This document shows positions 26,712 to 38,350 of a stretch of DNA of 64,000 nucleotides, one piece after another. The first letter of the stretch is position 1. Each line of letters starts with the position of its first letter. Source of the DNA: Felis catus. Lineage: Eukaryota. The stretch is from assembly GCF_018350175.1 (NCBI RefSeq), contig NC_058383.1:4154001-4218000 (forward strand), in the 5' to 3' direction. The notes beneath the pieces were generated by a model. That model made no database searches, had not been told where the DNA came from, and was given only the letters and a program-made list of their open reading frames with translations. The position numbers and the translations under genes were made by a program.

Positions 26712-27122
26712 AAATGTCCCTCGGAGGCCTCCTCCGGGTCCGCGCCCGAGAGCGCCCAACCCAGGCCTGCGGTCTAGGGGGCAGAGGAGGCGAGGAGGAG
26801 GGCAGAGGGGGAGAATGGACAGGGGTGGAGACTAAAAACAGTCCATATAAGAGCTCAAAAAGAGCCAGGCCGTGGCGTTATCACAATGATACAGGTACAG
26901 GTAAGAACAAAAATAAAGACTCAGGCGGATACAGCAGGCTACGCTGCCAAGAACCAAGACGGCCGCCCTTCCCGAGGCGTCCCAGACGGGCCACCTCTGC
27001 CCGCCATCTCCTGCCATCTCCTGCGTGCTCGCTCGCTCGCTCGCGCTCGCTCTCTCGCGCTCTCTCTCACTCACTCTCTCGCTAGGAAACACGGAAGGTA
27101 TTTTGTGTTTGGAGCTAGTAAC

Positions 27123-27398
27123 CTTGGTCAAACGAGTCCTCCGAGGAATCGCTGAAGGAGGATCGGGCCTCGACCTCTCGAAGCAGCAAACAAAAGGGCT
27201 GCTTCCTGCCGGCGGCCGGCTTGGGTTTGAGAGTCCGGGCGGCCGCCAGGCCCCGCTCGCTCAGCTTGGGGCCCCCGGCCGGCTTGCCGTTCTTTGCCAC
27301 CATGCCACACAGGATGGAGGACGTCAGTTTGGAGCTGGACGGGCCTTGGGCAGACCACTCGTCCTTCAGGAATCCTTCGTCTTCCTCTGAGTCCGTAT
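27123..27398 (-). CDS. TNRC18: TNRC18 exon (~17), 276 nt, NTDSEEDE...DSFDQ
   Basis: gactgcag|ATACGG ... CCAAG|gttact (weak donor); phase 1-1. Confidence 0.93.
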
Positions 27399-29699
27399 CT
27401 GCAGTCAAAGTAGTTTTTGACACAGTAAGTCATGGGGTGCTGGGCGGGGAAGGGCTGGCGTCTCTCGCTACTAGCGGTTTCGAGAAGGCCCTGGCGCGTG
27501 CTAGGGCAGAGAGGTCCAAATGCCCACTGGCTGCGGAACAAGCCGTGCCCCACCGCCTGGACCTCTCGCCTCTCGCCCGGGAGGCCTCCAAGCCGCAGGC
27601 ATCACAGAGCTTGTCCTGTCCGGGCTGGCCGCTGCCGGCCCCGCCCACCAGACAGCCACTTCTGCCAAGGCCTTTCCGGGCCCTGGGGGGGAGGCAGGAG
27701 CCCCACACTCGTGAGGGTCTCGCCCGTGGTCATGGAGGTCACTGCACCCAGCTCGTGGGGGCGTGGGGAGGGACAAGGCCCAAGAAAGGAAGGGCCCCGG
27801 TAAAGCTCTTCTCCCCCAGAATACCCGTTTGCCCCGGCACAGGGTGGCACAGGCAGGCTCACGACGACAATCACGCACGCGCACCCCAACTCCCCGCCCA
27901 GCAGCATCCCAAAGGCGCGTCGAGATGGGCCATCGTGAAAGCGGTTACGCCAAGGAAACTGGCAAATGACGGGACAACTCAAGGCTTCCCCCCAACTTTT
28001 TCCTATCGAAGGGCCGGGCTGCCAGCACACTGCTGCTGGCTTCCCTGTCTCCGGCCTCACCGTGCAGGTGAGGTCAGGGTTTCCAAGCTCTCCCGGGAGA
28101 GGATCCCCCAGCTTTGGGGAGGGGGGGTGCCACGGTCAAGCAGGCACAGCTCTGGCCCCTTCGAAGCCCATCCCAAGCAAGAATTCGTTGGAAGAAAGGG
28201 CTCTGCAGCCAGAAACTATAACCTCTTGATCTGATAAAATCCACCTGGAACAAGAGGAACACTAACAGAGACACAGCTCTGGCAGCACCTGCCGCCTGCA
28301 AGTCCACGGGAAAACTATACGCGTCGGGCGCAGGAGGCGAGGGGGACGCAGCGTCCGCTGGCTGCCTCCTCCTCTACCTGGGCTTTCCACGTCAAGACCC
28401 CGACGGCAGGATGGCCTCCAAACTCCAGGCAGAGCTAGGACAAAGACAAGCCCCACCAGGCCCCTGCCCATCGTTCCCAAGGCCGCATCCCAGGCCAGAG
28501 CCACTCGTGGGTGATGACAACCGAATCGGCTTCCCACCAGGCACGTCCCCGACCCCTACAACCCAAGAGTTGTAAGACCCCAAAGCGAAAAAGAGAAGGA
28601 CGTTCTGTTCTCTCCTCCCACCTCCTGCCAGCCATCCCTGTGCTAGAAAACACTCTTGTCCTCTTTGTGACCGTGTACTCTCGCTTACCTAGAACCGCGG
28701 AAAAGCCAACATAAAAAATACAAACGAGGGCCCTCTCCAGATCCAGCCGCGTATCAGAGCCAGCATCTAGTTGGAGTCAGACCTTTAGACCTGTATGTTG
28801 CAACGTTTACTCACTTCTCACCTGGACGATGGAATTTAGGCACAGACCCAACAGCTAGACTAGCAATCCGAACGTCGCTTTGGGCACGCGCACACGTGCG
28901 CACAGCAGACTCACTGGCTCAGAGCACGCCAAACATCTCAGCGGCTGAACCGATCTCCGGTCTCTAAATGTACCCCAACCACCTAGAAGTGGGAAGGTAC
29001 AGGATTCTTACCTGGCAACCAGCCAGGCGACACCCAGCGGCCACTCACCCTTGAAACATAAGAGCCGCAGCAAAGCTCCCCACTCCCTCCGTCGTTCTAA
29101 AACCAGCAGAGATACAAACAGCAGAGGAAAACCCTTCTTCCCTCTTCCTCCAGAGCTAGGAGTTTCTGGTATGAGCTCATGGTGGCCATGGGCCTGGGCA
29201 CTCTTGCTCGGATCATACCCATTACGACCGGAGGGCCATCAAAGCTATCGCAATCAAGCATGTCCTGGGCACATAAGCCACAAAGGCGCTGATTACTTCA
29301 CACACACGTCTCTGCATCAGCCCTAGAAACCCTTCAGTCCACAGCAACCAAAACCGCGAACATTAAAACATACACACGCACGTATGCACACGCATGCGCG
29401 CGCATCAAGCTCTTCACCGACGTGAACCCGCTTAAAGTTCAGGACAGCCGTGGGAAGCAGACGATGATAACCCCATGCCCACAAAACTTTATTTCCTTTC
29501 CTTAAGAAAACAAACTTTCTAATAACATTGCAAGTGTCCGCTTTCTTGCACGTGACGTTCAACCGCTGCCCTCCGACGCCTCATGAACCACGCAGAGTCA
29601 ATCAAGAGCCTAGACGCACACAGCCAGGCAGTCGTCAAGGGGAAAAGCCGCCCACCCCAGTCGGAGCCTGGGGACTCCCAAAACAAACCCCACGGACAA

Positions 29700-30600
29700 C
29701 TGCCAGGAGCCACGAAGCCCCGCCTGGCTCTCCTGCGGCGGCCACACGCTTGGTGCGCATCGGTCCTGGGCACTAGGGGCTCGGCCCACCCACGCACCAC
29801 GCAGCGGCCCCGGGGCCCCTGGAGAGCCGGGCGGGCGGGCCCAAGGCCCAAGGCCCAAGGCCCACCGCCCAGGTAAGGAACTCCGATGCGGCAGGCTCCG
29901 GGCCAGTGCGAGACCGCTCAGCCCCTCCGCGGCTGCGCTCCCAGGCTCCACAGCTCCCGTCCTGGGAGCCGAGCCATCCGGGCCCCGCCAACTCCCCACC
30001 CCTGGCGGTCAACCTCGCCCGGCCTCGGCCTCCACCCTCGGGAACAACGCGGGGCAGCCACCTGGAGGACTGTCTTTGTCGAAAACAAAGCGAAACACGG
30101 CCCGCACGGCCCTCGGTGCGCCGACCAGCACGGCGCCCGCTCCACGGACACCGGACACCGTTCCTCTGAACTTCCGGCCCCAGGACAGAAAGCCGCCTGT
30201 GGGCAGGGGAGACGGACTCCTCTCTATGGTCGTCGCGAGCGACCGCTCTAGGCCCGGCGGCCGCCAACTCGGTGGCGCAAAGCCTCCCACACTGACGGCT
30301 TCCCCGCGAACAAGCGGAGGGCCGGTACACGAGGGCAGGCGGACTTCCGCTCCCACCCGCCAATCACGGGCGCCCGCCAATCACAGGCACTTCTGCTTTA
30401 GGCACCCACCCCCACCCTACGCACGCACTTCCGGCCTGGAGCCCGCGCAAAAGCAGGAGTCGTTCGAGCGCCCACGCCCGCGAGATGCAGAGAGAGGAGA
30501 CTGAGGAGAGGAAATGCCCCGAGGCGGCGCGGCGTCCGCTACTTACTGTAGGAGTAGCTGCTCACTTCCGAGGCGAACGGGGAGTGGGCCGACTTGGGCT
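29700..30600. promoter_or_regulatory. Intragenic CpG island with promoter motifs
   Basis: CpG-dense non-coding DNA; tandem GCCAATCAC boxes (CCAAT at 30360 and 30377); ETS ACTTCCG cores at 30170, 30343 and 30427. Confidence 0.7.
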
Positions 30601-30907
30601 GGCCTCTGGCCTTGAAGCCCACCTCCATCTTCCTGGCTTTGGCGGCCCTTTTGTGTTTACCTTCTCTGGAGGCTTTGAGAGACAGGCTGAGGCCTTTGGC
30701 CAGCGCCTTCCGGTCCTTGCCCAGCAGGCTGTCATAGGGCGTCAAGTACCTGCCGCAGCCCCCGCTCGCTTTGGACTTCCCTCCGGAACTGTCCGAGAAC
30801 TTGAAGGGCGACTTCAACTTGTCCTGCTTCGTGAGGGAGAGGGCCTTGTCCAGCTTGCTTGCCAGCTGCTCCTGGTCACTGGCCATCTTCTTCTTTTTAA
30901 TCTTTAG
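30547..30907 (-). CDS. TNRC18: TNRC18 exon (~16), 361 nt, LKIKKKKMASDQ...VSSYSY
   Basis: ctctccag|CTAAAG ... TACA|gtaagt; phase 0-1. Confidence 0.95.
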
Positions 30908-32301
30908 CTGGAGAGGGAAGTTGGGGAGTCACGGGTTAAGACGTTTGGCAAAACAGGATCGTGTGTTTCGGTGCCCAGGCTGTTCCGAAGCTGGGCTCCG
31001 GTCCTTTCCTCCTGCCCCTGTGGCTTCTAGCAAGCTGCTCACCTCCTCTTAGCCTCAATTCTTCTGCTCTGTAAATCGGCGATAATTATGTATGGGCATC
31101 TTGGGGGTTTTTCTGAAGATGAACAAGATCAGGCCCACAAAGCTTTTATCACAGAGCTGTTACTGCGGTTACGGTTCTCATGAACACTGGCATTTCCACT
31201 GGCTTTGCCTGGCGCTGTCTGGTGCCTCCTAGGGAAGCCCTTCAAGCAGGCAGCACAGCCCATGAGCAGAAGGCAGCTGGATTAGGTCAGAGGCATGGAA
31301 CCGAGATGGAAAACCCAGGTCATACCATGGATTCCCACCTAAAGCAGCCCATCCAACTAAATGGGCCTAGCCGACAAGAGAACGCCCTACGAGCGTGCCC
31401 CGGATGCCTGAAGCAGAAAGCGCGACTCAAGATTTCACAGATTAAATTCCTGGTTCCAAGTCTGCTGTAGTCACTCATTGTCAAAGGGAAATGTGCAGTT
31501 TCAAAGCCGTTAATACCCCTCATTTGAACGTTTTGTCTCTTTTTCTTGAATCAGGTAATCTATTGTAAGGCGGGGGATAGTTGGGATAGGGCCATTTAAA
31601 CAACAAAAGTATCCTTCACAATTTGTGAGTAAAGGATGCTGATCTACAAACTGGCTCTATTCCCTCCTCCTGGATGCAATCCCCCTTATGTGTGTTATTT
31701 CGCTCTGATGGCCGAATCAACATACAGCCCCTTGCGTGGGGCCTTATGGGGAAAGACGACAAGGTACATTAGTATTTAGAGACAAGGGCCTTAAGTGGCC
31801 GATTTCAACGCTCTGCAGAAATCAGAAAAATCAAGGAGCTGGCTCTCACCCCATTACCTCTGGAGAGTTCACAAGGAAATTACGATGGGATCGAGCCCTT
31901 GCTTCTGAGAACTACAGGATGGTGAAGCTGCTCATTGAACAATTACACTGTTGAACAACAGTAACTGTGTTATCTGGTTAAGAACTTGCAATCTCTCTTC
32001 CTGGCTTCAGCAAAGGGTCACGGAGCACGCATGGGGGGTGGGGGGGAGTGGCTTTCCGTCTCCGCTCTACCTGAGGCTGCGCTACTCTGGTTAAGTCTCT
32101 GACCTCCTCTGGGCCTGGATTTTCTCCTCTGTGCAATAAGGAAGACTAGAGGACAGCCCTTCTGGCACTAAGACAATCATTTCTACAGTGTCTGTGCAGC
32201 AGGTGGGGCCAACAGACCTGCAAAGGGAGCGTGAACTCTGGCACACCCTGCAGACCTTCCACTCTAAGATGGCAGCATCTCTGGAACGCAGGGTTACTGA
32301 C

Positions 32302-32473
32302 CTGACTCATGAAGTCCGACGAGGCTTCGTGCTCGTCCCAAGGCTGGTTCCTGCCCCTAGCTTTCCCTGTTCCAACCAGGGCATCGTGTTCCTCCTCAGG
32401 TCCCTTGTGTCTCTTCCTCATCCCTGCTCCAAGCTCGTACTCATCCGACGTCAGCAGGGGCTTGCTGCTCAGC
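32302..32473 (-). CDS. TNRC18: TNRC18 exon (~15), 172 nt, LSSKPLLTS...DFMSQ
   Basis: gtttcag|GCTGAGC ... AGTCAG|gtcagt; phase 2-0. Confidence 0.93.
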
Positions 32474-34131
32474 CTGAAACCCAGATGCACTGCTGGTCAG
32501 CACGCTGGCCAGGAAAGACTCAAGGGTTGGGGGTCCGCCCTCACAGCCCTGAAGGGTGGGCTCTGGATGTCGAAGCACAGACAGTGATGGCAGAGTGACG
32601 AATCTGGGGAGACGGATCCTGTAAAACTATGGTGCTGGGATTCTATTTGTGAGTGGGGCAGAATGAGAGTTTAACCGGAAAGAAGAAACACTTCTCCAAG
32701 GCAGTATCCTCTGCTGGCCTCTTTCTTGTGCTTCTTCACACATACACTCACACACACACCTTATCAAAACATGCCAAGAGTGAAGATCAGAAATGTCCAA
32801 GAAATCCCCCAGGATTGGAAGGGGAGTAAGAGCCACTGGCTGGTCTCCTGCACCCCTGGGATTAAGACAGTCGGGACACGGTCCTAGGTTAAAGGCTTCT
32901 CTTGCCTGCTTTACGCTAAACCCTCACAAGTAATAAAAGCAGCTAATTTTTACTTGGTGCTTACTACGTGTTCTGTTCCGGGTTAGTGTTTGATACTTTA
33001 GCCACAAAACAACGTTCCACATCCTGTTTTTACACGTGGGGAAACTGAGGCTCCAAAAAGCTAACACCCAGCCCAAGGTCACAACAAACACTGGATGGAG
33101 CTGGGACTCACAAGTAGGAACAGACGCCCACCTCCAGAGGCTGTGCTCCTAACCAGTGGCTGTGTGCTGGCGGCCCAGCCCCTGTGGTTTCGGGAACTGC
33201 TTCCCTACCCTCCTTTGGCTGGTTTTAGGGGATTTCTTCCTCTTTCCATCCTCTCCTCAAACAGGAACATCCAAAGAGGACAAATCCAAGTCGTGGGGAC
33301 GCTTGGGGTGATCTGACAAGCCCTGTGGCCGATCCATTGCCTCTCCTGCGCCTTTTAGGGGCACCCTGTGGCCCCTCTGCTTCCTCAAGCCAAGCACCAG
33401 GCCACCTACTGTCTGCCCTGCTCCGATGTCCCAGGCTGGGGCACACTCCAACCCCGCTCTTTTGATGGGCCTCATTCAGCTCCTGCTACTCCATGACACC
33501 CAGGGAAGACCGCAGCATCATTCCTACCCACGCTCAGCCTGGGGGAAGAGCTCTCATCCCAGCCACCATTCAAGAAAACCTCCAGAGACGCCACGCGTCG
33601 CTCCTGCTGCCGCTCAAGGAGTGTGCAAAGGAGCGGCCCCGGGTCACAGGCTCGGGCACGACAAGCCAACAGGTCAGGCCAGGAGGACAAGAGTGACGCT
33701 GTCAGTCACGGAGGGAAGTAAGTGACAGCACAAGTCAGAACCCGTCCCAGGGGGCTGGAAGCTCAGCGGATCCCTCTGCAGGGAGGAGGTGTACGGAGAA
33801 GAGCAGGAATTCATCCCTAACCGTGGAGAAAGCAGGTGTGGCGGGAAGACGGGCGAGGCACTTAGCTCATGGCACAGAAACCTCTCTCACTGGGGTCACC
33901 TGCCCACTCAGTGCCGGGTGGATGAGTCTGCCTGTCCGTTCCGCCACTCGCCCGGCTCGCCCTCCTGGCCCGGGCGGCGCGCACCGTGCTCCCTGAGAGC
34001 TACCAAACCAGGTGGGTCGGAGCCCGAGGGACTCGAGGTCCCCGGTGCCCAGACGCAGGCCCTGCGTGGGCCTGTGCTCCTCCCCTCCGAGCTCTGTGCC
34101 AGTTCCCGACCCACCGAGGGGCCAGCCTTAC

Positions 34132-34260
34132 TTTCCGCTACTGTTGCGGCTCTTCCCTCTCTTGCGGGGGGGCGACAGGGTGCTCAGGGCGTGGGTCCGT
34201 TTCCTCGGCCTGCCAGGGCCTCTGCGTGCCAAGCTTCTATGGGGTTCCTCGCGCCTGTCC
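34132..34260 (-). CDS. TNRC18: TNRC18 exon (~14), 129 nt, DRREEPHRSLARRGPGRPRKR...SSG (not in the ORF track)
   Basis: tttttaag|GGACAGG ... GGAAA|gtaagg; phase 2-2, read manually. Confidence 0.93.
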
Positions 34261-34496
34261 CTTAAAAAGAATCACACGCTCGGCTGTGAACCTGGGGGGT
34301 GGGGGGGCGCGGAGAAGGACATACGATGCACACACGTCACTCGGGTCCACACACGCCTCTAATGGCCTACCACAGCCAACCTACTGAGCGCCAGCGCCTA
34401 CGAGAGCCCAACCAGGGCGCCGCCTGCCGCGGCCTTGTCGCCCGGCCGGCCGGGGCCGCGGGGTATGGCTGGGGTGCGGCCGGGGTGCACACTCAC

Positions 34497-34633
34497 TCGG
34501 AGTCGCGGCGTCTCTGCAGCTTCACCAGCTCTCGCTGCTTCTCCTTGTACCGCCGCTGGACCTCAGCCAGCCGCATCCGGAAGTCCAGCTCCATGGCATC
34601 CATGCTTTCCAAGGAGGACTTCATGGCATACAT
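34497..34633 (-). CDS. TNRC18: TNRC18 exon (~13), 137 nt, predicted coiled coil MYAMKSS...RRRDS
   Basis: cccgcag|ATGTAT ... TCCGA|gtgagt; phase 0-2. Confidence 0.94.
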
Positions 34634-35163
34634 CTGCGGGGAGAGCGGGATAAGGATGCCAACGCCCACCGGCTCCCACCACCCGGCCAGGCATCCGCTC
34701 AGATGGGAGCGGCGAGGCCTGATGGTGACCGGGGCCCAGCTCACGCCTCACCTGCCCCTTCGCTAGCCCTGGCCGTGGGCAGAACGCGGGACGGGGACCA
34801 AAACTCAACTCTGCAGGGCCGCGTCAAGGCCGAAGCGGCCCGAGACAGCCGCTCCCAACAGTGTGGGCCATCGTGTTATCCATCGCTTACAGAGACCCAC
34901 AAGCACCAAGGGGCACAGCCAGGCCTGCTCTTCCTGACCCTCCAGGCAGTCGCCCGTTAACACGTGGATAAACTGAGACCCAGAAAGGGGATACGGCTTG
35001 CCCAGGACCGCGCGGCAAGTCAGCGGTGGAACCTGGACTCAGATCAGGCCCTTTCAACTCCAAAGCCAGCCATGTCCCCAGCAAGATGGAGTCTCTGGGG
35101 GACCCATCTCTGCTCCCACCCCACGGGCCACAGGCAGGCAAAGACAGGCCCGGGACACCTCAC

Positions 35164-35339
35164 CCGCTCCTCCTTCTTCTGCATCCAGCTATACTTCTTG
35201 TTGGGGTTCAGCTCCCGCGGAAGCCGCAAGTTCTTGAGCGGGTCCACGAAGGGACTGTCCAGCACCTCCTTCAGCATGTGGCTGCTGGCTGCCAGCAGGC
35301 TCTCCAGCGAGGGCCGCACCACCGGGCCCCGCTCCGCAC
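35164..35339 (-). CDS. TNRC18: TNRC18 exon (~12), 176 nt, GAERGP...WMQKKEER
   Basis: tgtgcag|GTGCGG ... GAGCGG|gtgagg; phase 1-0. Confidence 0.94.
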
Positions 35340-36460
35340 CTGCACATAGGAGGCAGGTGAGCCCACGCCTCTGTGCCCGCCCCGCCGTGCTCCCTGGGGG
35401 CAGCCCACCCCACTCAAACCCCAAACAGGGAGAAGAACGAGCCCAGGACCAGCTCAGGGCTTGCCCGAGGCCACATGGCCCCCACGATGCTGACGGGACC
35501 CCGGCCTTGCCGAGAGCCAAGAAATGGTGCTAAGTGAAGAGAACAGGCAGAAGCCGGGGCACACGGCACGGCTCTGTTCCAAACGTCCACTGCCGCACAG
35601 AGAAAATGGCCACGAGCGGCCAAGCGCCCACGGAGGTGTGTTCTGGGCTGTGCCTCTTTCTGCTCATCTGTCCTTTAAACTTGCCACAGGGAATATGCAT
35701 GGTTTTCATATTCAGGAAGAAAAGGGCCCAAATTAAGTTTCATAAACTGCAAAAGCAGTAGGAGAACACAAAAAAGACAAACCGAGCAGAAAGGTGCGAA
35801 GAAACGAAAACCTTCCCCGCCCCAGCACAAAGCTGGCCCCGCCACCAGAGGCACCACTCTCGACATTCTGGTAGAGGGCTCCAAAAATACCGACCCCCAC
35901 TCGAACACACGCAACGTCCGTGGGCATCCTTCGTAAATATGGGAACGGCATCAACGCATACATACGGTATCACACCTTTTTCCACCTACCCTCTTTTCAC
36001 GGTAGCGCATGACAGCAATCTACCACGTGTCGTTAGCTTGGACCTTATGAGTTATAACTGCCATTTCTACAGGTCAGCAACTTTTATGTGGCCAAACCCA
36101 GTAACAACTGCCTAGAGTTCTCTTGTATTGCTCAGTTTTAATTAATCTAAATAATCCCCCATTAAACGGCATTTCTTTTTTTTCTTTTTGTTTTGTGGGG
36201 GAGGGGGGGTGGGTAGTGGAGGCATAGGCACACAGCAAGGACACGTGTTTCAGGAAAATTCCTCTCTGTGATTAACACGATTAAGGTATGTGCATTTATC
36301 TAATAAATATTCCCACTACCCTTCAGAAAGGGCACGCCACCCATCTCCCCTCCAATCTCTCCCAGAGTAACAGTTTTTTTTTAATTGGCGTTGTCTTTGT
36401 GATCTAATATGTGATCAGTTTTTATGAATGTTCCACACATGCCTGAGAAAAAAAAGTATT

Positions 36461-36676
36461 AAAAAAAAATTTTTTTTTAGTGTTCATTAATTTTCGAGAG
36501 AGAAGGATGGAGCATGAACAGGGGGGTGCGTAGAGAAAAGGGACACAGGATCCGAAGCAGGCTTCCGGCTCCGAGATGTCAGCAAAGGGCCCGATGCGGG
36601 GCTCGAACTCCCAAACCTCGAGATCATGATCTGAGCTGAAGTCGGATGCTTAACCGACAGAGCCACCCAGGCGCCC
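36461..36676 (-). mobile_element. CAN-SINE (the only one in the gene-sense orientation)
   Basis: Ends ...gagccacccaggcgccc; T-rich tail on the left. Confidence 0.9.
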
Positions 36677-36747
36677 TCAAAGCATATTCTTTACTACCGA
36701 CGCGTGCAGTTCCATAAAACAGACATCACTGATGGTCTCGCATAGAT

Positions 36748-36931
36748 CAGGGCTTCTCGACCTTGGCGCTATTCACGTTTTGGTCAGCTCATCCTCTGCA
36801 ATGGGGGCAGCCACCCTGGGCATGCGCTGTAGGAGGTTCAACAGCATCCCCTGCCTTTCCCCACTAGATGTCAGCAGTACTCCCCCCAAGCTGTGACAAC
36901 CAAACGGGTCACTGCCAGTTGAGAAACAGCG
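36748..36931 (-). mobile_element. MER20-like hAT MITE
   Basis: cagggcttctcgaccttggc...ccactagatg...gttgagaaaca. Confidence 0.75.
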
Positions 36932-37198
36932 GTTTTGCTCTTACGGGCACGGAGGCTGCACAGCAGTGAACCCCATCAGCTCACGAGGGCCCACCCCGAG
37001 GTGACGCCTCTGCACCAGACCACCCCTCAAGGTCGTCCGAACCGGGAGATTCTCAGTGGTTGGGTAAGGCAGGAGAGCACCGCTCCATCACAGAGGAGGG
37101 GACCGAGGTGCAGCTTCTGTCACCTCCTTCACCTTCGAAACCAGTCTGGCTGAGGCTCTCACAACTGAGGCCAGGGAGCCTGGTGACTCTAGGCCACC

Positions 37199-37544
37199 TG
37201 CTACGGGATGTATCATGTGTCCCCCCCCCACCCCCCACCCCCACCATCCACACGTTTAAGTCCTGACCCTGGTATTTCAGAAAGTGATCTTATTTGCAGT
37301 CTCTACAGAGGACACCAAGTTCAAGTGACCAGATAAGCCCTAATCCAGTAGGACTATTTCTCTATAGAAAGGGGAAAGCTGGAGACAAGCACAGAGGCAA
37401 CCGGGCGAGGACACGGGGAGAAGACGGCGTCCACGCGCCAGGAAAGAGGCCTCAGCAGGACCCAGCCCTGCCCACACATCGGTCTAGAACATCCAGACGC
37501 CCCCCAGTCTGTGGTACTTGCGACAGAAGGCCTGGCTGACACAC
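37199..37544 (+). mobile_element. MaLR LTR relic (MLT1A/B-like)
   Basis: gccctaatccag, agaggcctcag, cccagtctgtggtactt motifs. Confidence 0.65.
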
Positions 37545-37859
37545 AGCCTCATGGCTGTACCAATGCAGGGGTGACCTGTGGGCCGTGGGAAGCTCGCCGG
37601 GCGACCAGGGGCCTCTTCAGCGTTCCATCGGCAGCTGCCTGCTGGGTAGAGAAGAGGGCCGCCAGCCTCTCCCTCACCCTTGCTACGTACACACCCCTGC
37701 ACACCGGCACCTCCAAGTGTGCTTTCCAGCCCAGGGTCACAGATCCAGCCGCGGGCCACACCTCCAATGCAGAAACCAGCTGTGGGTCCCAAAACCTCCT
37801 CCCGCTGCTTCCTGCAAAGTCTGCCCTTCCAGCGGCTCAGGCTAGAAACCTCGGAGTCG

Positions 37860-38350
37860 CTCTTACACCAGCTGGGAGCTGGCAAAGCCCTCTGGGTGCT
37901 CCACCTTAACTTCTACCCAGAATCCTCTTGCTCCTCACCTCTACCCACCACCCCAGGGCCTGGGCTTTCCTGCATCCCCCTTGCCTCTGCGTCAAGTGTC
38001 TACACAGCCCCCCAAAATGACACTAAGTCCAATCCTATCACTGTAACTCCAAGCCCTCCTCCAGGGGGTGCCCAGGGCCCCATGCCGGCCCCCTCCCACC
38101 AACCCCCCTGGCGGCCACCACTCTCCTCCCCCCACTCCACCCCAGCCCCAGCCTCCTTGCTCTGGTTCCAACGTGCTACACATACTGTTGACCTCAGGCC
38201 CTTTGCAGGTGCTGTTCCATCAGCAAATCCTCCAGAAGAGTTCCTCCCTGGCCTTCCTTGGGTCACTTCACCCAGAAGCGCCTCCCTCCGTAAGAGACCA
38301 CCCTTCCGTCCTCCATCCTGTCCCCCTCCCAGTGTCTCCACCTACCACCT
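37860..38350 (+). mobile_element. L2-like relic
   Basis: cctcaggccctttgcaggtgctgttcc-type L2 motif; boundaries approximate. Confidence 0.45.

Noticed and set aside
27221..28234. 337-aa plus-strand ORF
   Set aside because: Overlaps exon ~17 in antisense, with no splice or domain support.
30360..30378. ER-stress element (CCAAT-N9-CCACG)
   Set aside because: The sequence after the 9-nt spacer is CCGCC, not CCACG.
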